Of a stretch of 44,065 bases of DNA, positions 27,273 to 36,009 are shown in pieces. Numbering within the stretch: the first letter of the stretch is position 1; each line of letters opens with the position of its first letter. The notes under the pieces were generated by a model. It did not search any database and was not told the DNA's origin. It saw only the letters and a list, made by a program, of their open reading frames with translations. Made by a program: the position numbers and the translations under genes. This DNA is from Gemmatimonadota bacterium (GTDB taxonomy: Bacteria; Gemmatimonadota; Gemmatimonadetes; Palauibacterales; Palauibacteraceae): positions 1 through 44,065 of the forward strand of contig JBDGUZ010000016.1 in NCBI GenBank assembly GCA_039585915.1. The letters are read 5' to 3'.

Positions 27273-27491
27273 CTAGACGGGCGCGTTGCAGCCGTCGAGG
27301 CAGCCCCTGTACAGGTGGATGCAGGGCTCGTCGTTACCGATCGGCGCCGCACCGGCCTGGCACAACACGCTGATCGTCTCGCAGTAAATCCTGCACAGTC
27401 TGCCGGCGGCCTCGGCTGCCGGCGCCTCGGCTGGTGCTGGAGGCAGCGACGCCAGGAGCAGCGCGACCCCGGTCAATAGACGGATTCTCAT
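27273..27491 (-). CDS. Secreted six-cysteine peptide B (72 aa)
   Basis: AGGAG RBS; Sec-type signal; C-x3-C-x6-C-x12-C-x6-C-x3-C; paralog of the adjacent peptide gene. Confidence 0.8.
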   Translation of the reverse strand: MRIRLLTGVALLLASLPPAPAEAPAAEAAGRLCRIYCETISVLCQAGAAPIGNDEPCIHLYRGCLDGCNAPV

Positions 27492-27510
27492 CGGATCTCC
27501 TCTCTCGTTG

Positions 27511-27729
27511 TCACAGGTATTTGTTCACGTTGCAACCGGCGAGGCAGCCGGCGATGTACAGATTGCACCGCCAGGAATCGATTTCGTCGCAATTCTCGGC
27601 AGCCTTTTCACCGCAATAGTCCGAACAGCTCACCTTCGCCTTCTCGGCCAACGCCTCCGGTGGAGCAGCGCCGGTTACGAAACCGGCGAGAGTCAATGCA
27701 GCCAGCGCCGCGGTCAGTCGTCTTCGCAT
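27511..27729 (-). CDS. Secreted six-cysteine peptide A (72 aa)
   Basis: GGGAG RBS; signal peptide ending in ALA; C-x3-C-x7-C-x7-C-x6-C-x3-C. Confidence 0.8.
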   Translation of the reverse strand: MRRRLTAALAALTLAGFVTGAAPPEALAEKAKVSCSDYCGEKAAENCDEIDSWRCNLYIAGCLAGCNVNKYL

Positions 27730-27787
27730 GAGATTCTCCCGTTGGGGAAATGGAATCGAGCCGCCCGTTCCGTCGCGTCAGGCGGCA

Positions 27788-28345
27788 TTAGGAACCCGCG
27801 TGTGTGCCGCGGGTGAGGGGCGCCGTCAGCAGAGTCCAGGTATCGTCCGGACTGAGTACTCCCTCACGTCGATCCAGCATCCGGCCGTCGACTCCGACCG
27901 TGAAGGCGGTCGGAACGACATGGATCCGCAACGCGGACAGGAATTCGGCCGTGTCCAGCGGCTGGAGGGTGATCATCCCCGGGAGCTCCCGGGCGGTCCA
28001 GGCGGCTGCCTCCGGGTCATTTCCGACAGACACGGCGATCAACCTGTAATCGGGGGAACGACTGAGCGCCTCCCTCCAGGCCGGCGTCGATCTCTCGCAC
28101 GCCGGGCAGGTCGTGAGGAAGGCGAGGACCGTCGCCGGGGCCAGGCTGACGAGGGTCAGGGTGTCACCGCTTGAGAGGTCCCGCAGCTGAATTTCGGCCG
28201 GCACCTGCTCGCCGGGATCGACGATTCGTCTCTCACGAAGGGCAGGCATGACTCGATCGCGAGCGACGAGTCCGACCGCGACCGCGAGGGCGACCACGGT
28301 CAATCCGTTCAGCATCCAGTCCATCGATCTTCGTCCCGAACCCAT
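27788..28345 (-). CDS. Membrane-anchored thioredoxin-fold thiol-disulfide oxidoreductase (TlpA/ResA-like, 185 aa)
   Basis: GGAGGA RBS 5 nt before ATG 28345; N-terminal TM; PGEQVP...L.DL, TTCPAC (CxxC), IAVSV, VVPT (cis-Pro loop), DGR....EG. Confidence 0.8.
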   Translation of the reverse strand: MGSGRRSMDWMLNGLTVVALAVAVGLVARDRVMPALRERRIVDPGEQVPAEIQLRDLSSGDTLTLVSLAPATVLAFLTTCPACERSTPAWREALSRSPDYRLIAVSVGNDPEAAAWTARELPGMITLQPLDTAEFLSALRIHVVPTAFTVGVDGRMLDRREGVLSPDDTWTLLTAPLTRGTHAGS

Positions 28346-28475
28346 TCTGCTCCTCCTCGGTCCCCGGATTGCCGGCGCGCTTCGACGGTCGGTCCCACCG
28401 GTCAACGTGTGTTCAACTGGGTCTGGCTTTGCGGCGGGATGATCGGTCCGTGACCGGCTCGTCGAGTGTGATGCC

Positions 28476-29759
28476 GTGAACAGCGTCGAATCGAACAACA
28501 GCGAAGGCCGGGCGGTTGACGAAGCGCTGCAGCGGCACTTCGGTCACGACAGTTTTCGTCCGGGCCAGGCAGCGGTCGTTGCAGCGATTCTGGCGGGTCG
28601 GGATGTTCTCGGGGTGCGCACCACGGGCTCTGGAAAGTCGCTCTGCTTCCAGCTCCCGGCCGTCATGTCATCGGGTCCGACCGTCGTGGTATCACCGCTC
28701 ATCGCACTGATGCGGGACCAGGTCGAGGGTCTCCGTCGCAGAGGCATTGATGCCGCCGCTCTCACGTCGGCGACCGATCGCTCGGAACGGGCCGATCTGC
28801 TCGAGCGCCTCGGGACGAGACCTCCGCGACTGCTGTACTTGTCGCCGGAGGGACTCGCGACTCACCAGATGCGTTCTCTGTCGGCGGAACTGCATCCAGC
28901 CCGCGTCGTGGTCGATGAGGCGCACTGCATCAGCGATTGGGGGCACGATTTCAGGCCCGAATACCGGAAGATCCTCCCGTGGCTCGTGTCAGCGGGCCGG
29001 CCTCCAGTGGCGGCGTTCACGGCTACCGCGACTCCCGGGACTCGGCGCGACATCGAGACCTGCCTCGGACTGCGTGACCCGGTCCGGTTCGTATCCTCCG
29101 TCAACCGTCCCAATCTCCGTTGGGAGGTGCAGGTGTCCGGCGAGCCCGGCCGCGCACTGTGGACCATCGAAACGGCCGTGGTTCAATCACTTCACGAGGG
29201 AGACGGAGCATCGGCGCTGATCTACGTCCTGTCCCGCTCGGGCACGGTTCGACTGGCCCACGCCCTCCGGTGCGGGGGAGCGCCGGCGGTGGCATACCAC
29301 GCGGGCATGGATCCGTCCATCAGGTCGCGTATTCAGGATGACTTCGCCCGGGGGAAGCATCGGGTGATGTGCGCGACAAGCGCGTTCGGCATGGGCGTAG
29401 ATCATCCCACCATTCGTCTCGTGTGCCACCTGGGGATGCCGGCGGCCCTCGAGGCGTACGTCCAGGAGGCCGGTCGAGCGGGACGGGACGGATATCCCGC
29501 GCGGTGCCTCCTGCTGCCGCTTCCGAGCGACGTTCGTCTTCACCGGTCACGGATCCGGTCGCAGCGGGGCATCGGTCGGACAACCGCGCCCGAACAGAGT
29601 GCATCCAGCAAGCGGATCGCGGTGCTCGCGCACCGGCGATTCCGCGCCATGCGCTCGTACGCGCATGGGCGAGAGTGCCGCCGCGCCGCGATCGCCCGAT
29701 ATTTTGGTGAACCTGAACCCGTGTGTACGGGTTGCGACCGTTGCGGATCCGGCGGTTGA
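28476..29759 (+). CDS. RecQ-family ATP-dependent DNA helicase, short form (helicase core plus Zn-binding module only)
   Basis: FG.DSFRPGQ, TGSGKSLCFQLP, VSPLIALMRDQV, VDEAHCISDWGHDFRPEY, TATAT, YHAG, ATSAFGMG.D, QEAGRAGRDG, CRR...YFGE...C.GCD.C. Confidence 0.92.
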   Translation: MNSVESNNSEGRAVDEALQRHFGHDSFRPGQAAVVAAILAGRDVLGVRTTGSGKSLCFQLPAVMSSGPTVVVSPLIALMRDQVEGLRRRGIDAAALTSATDRSERADLLERLGTRPPRLLYLSPEGLATHQMRSLSAELHPARVVVDEAHCISDWGHDFRPEYRKILPWLVSAGRPPVAAFTATATPGTRRDIETCLGLRDPVRFVSSVNRPNLRWEVQVSGEPGRALWTIETAVVQSLHEGDGASALIYVLSRSGTVRLAHALRCGGAPAVAYHAGMDPSIRSRIQDDFARGKHRVMCATSAFGMGVDHPTIRLVCHLGMPAALEAYVQEAGRAGRDGYPARCLLLPLPSDVRLHRSRIRSQRGIGRTTAPEQSASSKRIAVLAHRRFRAMRSYAHGRECRRAAIARYFGEPEPVCTGCDRCGSGG

Positions 29760-29865
29760 GAATCAGGCTGTGGTTGCTCCGGGCAACCCCGCAGCGGTTC
29801 CCGGTGGTCGGAATCTACGACGCCGCCTTGTGATGCGGCCCGAACTCGTCGAACAGGATGCACTC

Positions 29866-31071
29866 ATGCGAATTTTGTTTCTTTCTCGCCCCGCGCTTGC
29901 GTCGGGGGGATCGCTCGCCCTCGCGTTCTGCGCCGGTCTCCAGCTCACAGCGGGATCAGCCCGTGCCCAGGAGCCGACTCGTCTCGGATCACCAGAGGCG
30001 GTCGCGGCGGAGCCGCGCGGCTCCATATCGGGGATTCGGGTGCAGCAGGGAGGGGCCGTTCTCGTCGCCGACGGAGTGGAAGCTCGACTGGTCCGGCTGT
30101 CACCAGACCTGGCGGAGGCGACGGTCGTGGGTCGGGAGGGGCAGGGCCCGACCGAGTATCGGCAGCCCGACGGGCTGTTCGCGCTGCCCGGCGACTCGAC
30201 CCTGATGACGGACCTGGGCAACGGCCGGCTCGCGGTGCTGGCGCCGGACGGATCGATCGTCCGGACCGAACCGATCGCGCGGGATGGTGATAATGGCGGA
30301 ATGATGCTCGTAATGCCCCAAGCGACCGATGCGGAAGGGGGGATCTGGTTCGCGTCGAGAGGTGGTCCGCGCGTGAGTCTCGACGATTCCGTGCAGGTCC
30401 GCAGACTGGACCCGGCGACCGGGGAGTTGGAGACAGTGGCGCACCTGGCGCCGCCTCCGATGACGCGTTCGACGAGTGGAGGCGCAGCGAACATGGAGGA
30501 GCGGATCATGCCGATCCCGTTCGGCCCCGAAGACGCGTGGACGGTCGGACCGGGTGGCCTCGCAATCGTCCGGGCGGAGCCGTACCGCGTCGAACGCGTT
30601 CGGCCGGACGGATCCGTGATCATCGGGCCGGAAGTCGAGTGGGAACCCATTCCGGTCAAGAGCGCCGACCAGGAGGAATGGCTGGATGGCCAGACGGGGG
30701 GCCTGCAGGTGATGGTCTCCATGGAGAACGGTGCAAGGAATACGAGTTTCAGTCGTGGTGGCAGCCGTCCTCCGGGCATGGACGTGGACTCCTTCGATTG
30801 GCCCGAGACGAAACCCGCGATCTCCGCGCGCGGCGCCCGCGTAGACTCCGATGGACGGATCTGGGTGCGCCGGAACGTGAAGGCCGGTGAGCCGCCGCTG
30901 TTCGACGTATTCGGTGTCGACGGAGGCAGGTCGGGTCAGGTCGAGTTGCCACCGGACCGGACTCTCGTGGGGTTCTCGAGGGACTACGTCTACCTCGCTC
31001 GAACGGACGAGTTGGACTTCCGGTGGCTCGAGCGGTACGCGGTACCGACGATCGACGCCGGGGGGCGCTGA
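29866..31071 (+). CDS. Secreted six-bladed beta-propeller (NHL/TolB-like) protein
   Basis: Signal peptide ending ARA-Q; [43 protein letters not shown]. Confidence 0.65.
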   Translation: MRILFLSRPALASGGSLALAFCAGLQLTAGSARAQEPTRLGSPEAVAAEPRGSISGIRVQQGGAVLVADGVEARLVRLSPDLAEATVVGREGQGPTEYRQPDGLFALPGDSTLMTDLGNGRLAVLAPDGSIVRTEPIARDGDNGGMMLVMPQATDAEGGIWFASRGGPRVSLDDSVQVRRLDPATGELETVAHLAPPPMTRSTSGGAANMEERIMPIPFGPEDAWTVGPGGLAIVRAEPYRVERVRPDGSVIIGPEVEWEPIPVKSADQEEWLDGQTGGLQVMVSMENGARNTSFSRGGSRPPGMDVDSFDWPETKPAISARGARVDSDGRIWVRRNVKAGEPPLFDVFGVDGGRSGQVELPPDRTLVGFSRDYVYLARTDELDFRWLERYAVPTIDAGGR

Positions 31072-31217
31072 GGCGGCGACGGACCGGGGCGTCCCGGTTT
31101 CCCGGCGCGGCCGAATCCGGTAATTTCCTGATCTCGTCGGGAGTTGGCCCGGGTCGTCTCCGACCCGGGCCGCATCGCCGGACAGACCACCCAGGGAGGC
31201 TTCGAGTTGGGGAGCGC

Positions 31218-32438
31218 ATGACCGATCTTGACCTGTACCTCGAAGACCATCATCACATGCTCCGCGACATGGTTCGGGAGTTCGCGGAAGAGGAAATCGG
31301 CCCGGTAGCCGCGCAGTTCGACGAGTCGGAAGACTTCCCGTGGAAATCCGGGAAGAAGATGGCGGAGCTGGGCCTGTTCGGGATCCCATTCCCTGAAGAG
31401 TATGGCGGTGCGGGGATGGACCTCATTTCCTCGGTGATCGTGTCCGAGGAGCTGGCTCGAGTAGACGCCGGTCATTCGATCATGGTCGGGGCCCACATTT
31501 CCCTGGCCGGAACTCCGCTGTATCGGTGGGGAACCGACGAGCAGAAGGCGACGTTTCTCAGGCCGCTCGCGAGCGGTGAGGTGTTGGGTGGTTTCGGCCT
31601 GACCGAGCCGGGTTCGGGCTCCGACGCGAGTGGCATGCACACAGTGGCGGAACTCAAGGGCGACCACTACGTGATCAACGGACAGAAGACGTGGATCACG
31701 CACGGTGGTGTCGGCGAGGTCTTTGTGCTGGCAGCGGTTACGACTCCGGGCGAAGGCAACCGTGGGGTCAGTGCATTCATCGTTACCAAGGAAACCTGCG
31801 ATCTCGAGCTGGTGAAACAGCTGGGTTTCGGACACAGCGACTCGCTGGTTCCGATGCCCGGGTTCTCGACCGGCCAGAAGCTCCGAAAGCTGGGGTGGAA
31901 CGCTTCAGATACGCGTGAACTCGTGCTCGACAACGTCGTGGTCCCGGTGGGGAACCTCATCGGCGAGGAGAACGAGGGGTTCAAGGTATTCCTCGACACC
32001 CTCGATGGAGGCAGGATCTCCATCGCGGCTCACGCCCTGGGAATCGCACAGGGAGCGCTCGAGGCGTCGCTTCGGTATACCGGAGAGCGAGTGCAATTCG
32101 GTCGTCCGATCAACAAGTTCCAGGGGATCCAGTTCAAACTGGCAGACATGGGCACGCGTATCCATGCGGCGCGCCTGATGACGTATCATGCCGCCTGGCT
32201 GAGGCAGACCGGTCGCCCGCACAAGAAAGAAGCGTCCATGGCCAAGCTGTTCGCGTCCGAAGCTGCGATGGACGTGACGATCGACGCAGTCCAGCTGCAC
32301 GGCGGATATGGCTACAGCAGAGAATACCCGGTCGAGAGGATGATGCGGGACGCGAAGATCACGGAAATCGGTGAAGGGACGAGCGAAATACAGCGAATCC
32401 TGATCGCCCGTGAGCTGCTTCGGGATCTCGAGCCCTGA
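31218..32438 (+). CDS. Acyl-CoA dehydrogenase (short/branched-chain type)
   Basis: GGAG RBS; [75 protein letters not shown]. Confidence 0.95.
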   Translation: MTDLDLYLEDHHHMLRDMVREFAEEEIGPVAAQFDESEDFPWKSGKKMAELGLFGIPFPEEYGGAGMDLISSVIVSEELARVDAGHSIMVGAHISLAGTPLYRWGTDEQKATFLRPLASGEVLGGFGLTEPGSGSDASGMHTVAELKGDHYVINGQKTWITHGGVGEVFVLAAVTTPGEGNRGVSAFIVTKETCDLELVKQLGFGHSDSLVPMPGFSTGQKLRKLGWNASDTRELVLDNVVVPVGNLIGEENEGFKVFLDTLDGGRISIAAHALGIAQGALEASLRYTGERVQFGRPINKFQGIQFKLADMGTRIHAARLMTYHAAWLRQTGRPHKKEASMAKLFASEAAMDVTIDAVQLHGGYGYSREYPVERMMRDAKITEIGEGTSEIQRILIARELLRDLEP

Positions 32439-32573
32439 ACGTGGGAAGTGGTGTCCGAGCGGCACCGACCGTAGATTTGCCCGCGGGGCCGCGAGCCGGA
32501 CACGCCGCGGCCCTTTCGCTCAAGGGGCAAGCACGCTGAATTCTCCCCGCCGATTCGCGGGACCTGGATATCT

Positions 32574-34091
32574 ATGCGCAGGGAAATAGTGATCGACGCC
32601 GCCGGGTCAGAGACCCGAGTGGCGATTGTCGAAGACGGCAGGCTCGTCGAGCTCATGCACGAACGGGCCGAACAGGATCGGATGGTCGGCCACCTCTATC
32701 TTGGTCGGGTAGAGGCCGTGCTGCCGGGCATCCAGGCCGCTTTTGTCGATATCGGGACTGAAAAATCGGCGTTCCTGCACGTCTCGGATCTCGCGGAAGA
32801 GGTCGATGAGGAGAACGGGAACGGCAACAGCCGCCGGTCACGCCGTTACCCGCCGATTCAGGACCAGATCGAGCGTGGTCAGGAGATCCTCGTCCAGGTC
32901 ACCAAGGAGCCGATCGGCACCAAGGGGCCACGTGTCACGTCGCAGGTTTCCCTCCCGGGTCGTTTCGTGGTCTTCATTCCGGACAGCAGCCATGTCGGGG
33001 TGAGTCGGAAAATCGAGGACCGGGAGGAGCGGTCGCGTCTGCGGGTGGTGGCGCGGGAAGCGCTAGGAGACCGGTCAGGTGGCGTGATCGTCCGGACCGT
33101 CAGCGAGGAGCTGAATCGAAAGACGCTCGAGAAAGAACTCGCGACTCTCAGAAAGACGTACAGCAAGATCGAGCGCCGGGTTCAGAGCATGAAAGCGCCC
33201 GCCCTGGTTCACCAGGAGGAGGAGCTGACTTCCGGGATCATCCGCGACCTGTTCAGCGAGAATATCGATCTGCTGACTGTGAACGACGAGGAGTTGCACC
33301 ACGAGATCCGGTCCTATCTCGGGCAGGTGGGCCCGGAGCTTCTCGACAGGGTCCGGCAGTACGAAGGCGACACTCCGATCTTCGATCACTTCGGGCTCGA
33401 GGATGAGATCCGAGCCGCGTTCCACCGGCGAGTGGAATTGAAGTCCGGTGGACACATCGTGATCGAGCACACCGAAGCGCTCGTCTCGATCGACGTGAAC
33501 ACGGGCCGCTACACCGGTAAGAAGGACCCGGCGAAGACGATTCTGCGCACTAACTTAGACGCTGCGGGTGAGATCGCGCGGCAGCTCCGGCTGAGAGATA
33601 TCGGCGGGATCATCGTATGCGACTTCATAGACATGGATGAGAAGGAGGCACGCGAGAAGGTCCAGAACGAGATCAAGAGCTATCTCGGCCGGGACCGAGC
33701 TCGAACCAAGGTGTTCAGTATCTCGGATCTCGGGTTGCTCGAGATGAGCAGGCAGAGAGTTCGCCCAAGCCTCGTTCAGATGATGACCGAGCCCTGTACG
33801 AGTTGCGACGGTACGGGCCGCGTTCTGGCTCCGGAGACCGTAGTCCGGCGCATCGAACGCGCGCTGAGGCGGGCAAAATCCTTGGGAGAGAAGAGAGCGA
33901 TCACCATGCGGGTGCACCCGGAGGTCGCGCTCTACCTGCTGGAGCAGGAGCCCGAGTTCCTGCGCACGACGAGCCGCGAGAGCGGGATGGACTTGGATGT
34001 CAGGGACGATCCGCTGCTCGGGCACGACGAATATCGTCTGCTTGCCGCTCCGGCAGACACGGATGTCACGACTCACTACGGAATCGCCTGA
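32574..34091 (+). CDS. rng: Ribonuclease E/G family (RNase G-length, Rne/Rng)
   Basis: S1 domain (VLPGIQAAFVDIG, QVTKEPIGTKGPR), TEALVSIDVNTG, TNL.AA.EIARQLRLRDIGGIIVCDFIDM, Zn-link C..C.GTG. Confidence 0.93.
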   Translation: MRREIVIDAAGSETRVAIVEDGRLVELMHERAEQDRMVGHLYLGRVEAVLPGIQAAFVDIGTEKSAFLHVSDLAEEVDEENGNGNSRRSRRYPPIQDQIERGQEILVQVTKEPIGTKGPRVTSQVSLPGRFVVFIPDSSHVGVSRKIEDREERSRLRVVAREALGDRSGGVIVRTVSEELNRKTLEKELATLRKTYSKIERRVQSMKAPALVHQEEELTSGIIRDLFSENIDLLTVNDEELHHEIRSYLGQVGPELLDRVRQYEGDTPIFDHFGLEDEIRAAFHRRVELKSGGHIVIEHTEALVSIDVNTGRYTGKKDPAKTILRTNLDAAGEIARQLRLRDIGGIIVCDFIDMDEKEAREKVQNEIKSYLGRDRARTKVFSISDLGLLEMSRQRVRPSLVQMMTEPCTSCDGTGRVLAPETVVRRIERALRRAKSLGEKRAITMRVHPEVALYLLEQEPEFLRTTSRESGMDLDVRDDPLLGHDEYRLLAAPADTDVTTHYGIA

Positions 34092-34108
34092 TCCGCCGGA
34101 CTTCGGAA

Positions 34109-34137
34109 TTGACAGCAAGGCGTATCAACACTATCCT
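34109..34137 (+). promoter_or_regulatory. Sigma70-type promoter for rplU-rpmA
   Basis: Perfect -35 TTGACA (34109-34114), 17-nt spacer, -10 TATCCT (34132-34137), about 50 nt before the rplU ATG. Confidence 0.8.
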
Positions 34138-34185
34138 TTCGGGCTACGAATCGACGGAAAACACCTTGCCGGGAACACGAGACTG

Positions 34186-34854
34186 ATGTACGCGATATTC
34201 GAGGCGAAGGGAAAGCAGTTCCGCGCGGAGCCGGATATGACTCTTCTGGTACCGAGTCTGGACGCCGAGCCCGGTGAGCAGGTCACATTCGACCACGTCC
34301 TGCTGGCGGAACGTGACGATCAGGTGATCATCGGACAGCCGTCGCTCGAGGGCGCCTCGGTTGCTACCGAGGTCGTGCGCCACGGCCGCGGCGAGAAGAT
34401 CATCGTGTTCAAGATGAAGCGCCGGAAGGGCTACCGCCGGAAGCAGGGGCATCGCCAGGGCTTCACGGAGATCCGGATCGTGGATATCGACCTGGGGACC
34501 GGTCGCTCGGTCGAGCCGCCCTCGAAAGTCGAGAAGCCCAGGCCGAAAAAGGCAGCAGCGACCAGGGCACCAAGGAAGCCGGCCAGGGCGAAGAAAGCCT
34601 CCGATCCGGTCGAGGTCGTGGCACCGGTCGAAGTAGAGAAGGTCGAAGCCGATGCACCGGTCGTCGAGGCGGAACCGGCAGTGGTCGAGGAAGTTCCGAC
34701 CGAGGAGTCGTCTGCGGTGGACGCTACCGCTACGGCCCGCAGCTTGGCCGAGGAAAGCGGAATCGATCTCTCGACGCTCGAGGGAACGGGCAAGGGCGGC
34801 CGGATCCTGAAGTCCGATGTCGCGAAGGCGATCAAGGCACGAGAAGGGAAGTGA
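34186..34854 (+). CDS. rplU: 50S ribosomal protein bL21 with long linker and C-terminal E3-binding (PSBD-like) domain, 222 aa
   Basis: MYAIF...GKQF, HGRGEKIIVFKMKRRKGYRRKQGHRQ.FTEIRI..I, followed by about 120 extra residues ending ATATARSLAEESGIDLSTLEGTGKGGRILKSDV. Confidence 0.95.
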   Translation: MYAIFEAKGKQFRAEPDMTLLVPSLDAEPGEQVTFDHVLLAERDDQVIIGQPSLEGASVATEVVRHGRGEKIIVFKMKRRKGYRRKQGHRQGFTEIRIVDIDLGTGRSVEPPSKVEKPRPKKAAATRAPRKPARAKKASDPVEVVAPVEVEKVEADAPVVEAEPAVVEEVPTEESSAVDATATARSLAEESGIDLSTLEGTGKGGRILKSDVAKAIKAREGK

Positions 34855-34857
34855 GTC

Positions 34858-35112
34858 ATGGCGCATAAAAAGGGAGTCGGGTCGAGTCGCAACGGACGCG
34901 ACAGCAATCCGAATTATCTTGGCGTCAAGAAGTACGGCGGCCAGGTGGTGATCGCGGGGAACATCCTCGTCCGCCAGCGTGGCACGCGGATCCATCCCGG
35001 CCGCAACGTCGGGCGCGGACACGATGATACGCTGTTCGCCCTGGCGGACGGTGTCGTGACGTTCAGTAATCAGCGCGGTGGACGGAAGCTCGTCAGCGTT
35101 CTGCCCGCCTGA
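34858..35112 (+). CDS. rpmA: 50S ribosomal protein bL27
   Basis: [16 protein letters not shown]...[36 protein letters not shown]. Confidence 0.99.
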   Translation: MAHKKGVGSSRNGRDSNPNYLGVKKYGGQVVIAGNILVRQRGTRIHPGRNVGRGHDDTLFALADGVVTFSNQRGGRKLVSVLPA

Positions 35113-35133
35113 GGGATTCTTGCCCGGCGCAAC

Positions 35134-35171
35134 GAGGCCCCGGCCGATCCTCGATCGCCCGGGGCCTTCTT
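35134..35171. terminator. Long hairpin between convergent rpmA and crotonase genes, probable (possibly bidirectional) terminator
   Basis: GAGGCCCCGGCCGATC-CTC-GATCGCCCGGGGCCTT: 15 of 16 positions pair (one G-U, one mismatch); weak TTCTT tail on the + strand. Confidence 0.65.
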
Positions 35172-35214
35172 GCGTCCGGTTCAGTCGTTCACGGTCCCTG
35201 CCGCGAGCGACGGA

Positions 35215-35994
35215 TCAGGATCCGCGAAACTGCGGCTCCCGCTTGTCGAGGAACGCCCCGACGCCCTCATCCTTGTCGTCGGTCGCGAACAGCATGCCGA
35301 ACCAGGCCCGTTCGAATTTCAGACCCTCGTCCAGCGGCATCCGACGTGCGGCGAGAATCGTCTCTTTGGCTGCCTGAAGCGCGATCGGAGACCGACTGCC
35401 GATCGTCCGGGCCAGTGCTAGGGTCTCCTCCCGCAGTTTCTCGGGCGGGAAGACCTGCTCGACCAGGCCTATGCGTGCGGCTTCTTCTCCCCCGATCATC
35501 GCGCCACTCATGATCAGTCTCATTGCGTGTCCCTCGCCTACCAGCCGCGGGAGTCGCTGAGTGCCTCCGCCGCCGGGGATGATCCCCAGGTTGACTTCGG
35601 GTTGGCCCAGTCTGGCTCGCGAGGAAGCGATCCGCATGTCGCACGCCATGGCCAGCTCGCAACCGCCGCCCAGACAGAACCCGTTGATCATCGCGATGAT
35701 CGGTTTCGGGAACTCCTCCAGCAGGGAGTAGATGTTTCCGGCCTGCATCGAGCGATACTGTTCGACTGCGCGCGCATCCTTGAACTCGGCGATGTCGGCG
35801 CCGGCGATGAACGCTTTCTCTCCGGCCCCGGTGATCACTACGACCCGTACGTCGTCATCTGAGGCCAGCTGCCCGAACGTCTCGAACAGCGCCTTCCGGA
35901 CATCGCTGTTCAGCGCGTTCATCTTATCAGGCCGATTGACCGTGAGCAGGGCGATCCGCCCTTCCAGCTTCTCGACTATGAGCACTTCGCTCAT
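35215..35994 (-). CDS. Enoyl-CoA hydratase (crotonase/PaaF-like)
   Basis: NRPDKMNALN, AFIAGADI, GGGCELAMACD and GQPEVNLG; both catalytic Glu present. Confidence 0.92.
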   Translation of the reverse strand: MSEVLIVEKLEGRIALLTVNRPDKMNALNSDVRKALFETFGQLASDDDVRVVVITGAGEKAFIAGADIAEFKDARAVEQYRSMQAGNIYSLLEEFPKPIIAMINGFCLGGGCELAMACDMRIASSRARLGQPEVNLGIIPGGGGTQRLPRLVGEGHAMRLIMSGAMIGGEEAARIGLVEQVFPPEKLREETLALARTIGSRSPIALQAAKETILAARRMPLDEGLKFERAWFGMLFATDDKDEGVGAFLDKREPQFRGS

Positions 35995-36009
35995 GATGAG
36001 TTCCTTTCG

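Noticed and set aside
27273-27729. Six-Cys peptides as SCIFF/ranthipeptide, sactipeptide, lanthipeptide or c-type cytochrome precursors
   Set aside because: They have Sec-type hydrophobic signal peptides rather than RiPP leaders, no adjacent SPASM radical SAM or Lan enzymes (the only radical SAM gene is housekeeping rlmN, 20 kb away), and no CxxCH heme motif.
32440-32573. Structured ncRNA or autoregulatory leader upstream of the RNase E/G gene
   Set aside because: Several GC stems can be drawn (e.g. GGCCGCG/CGCGGCC, CCCGC/GCGGG), but at this GC content they are not distinctive without covariation data.
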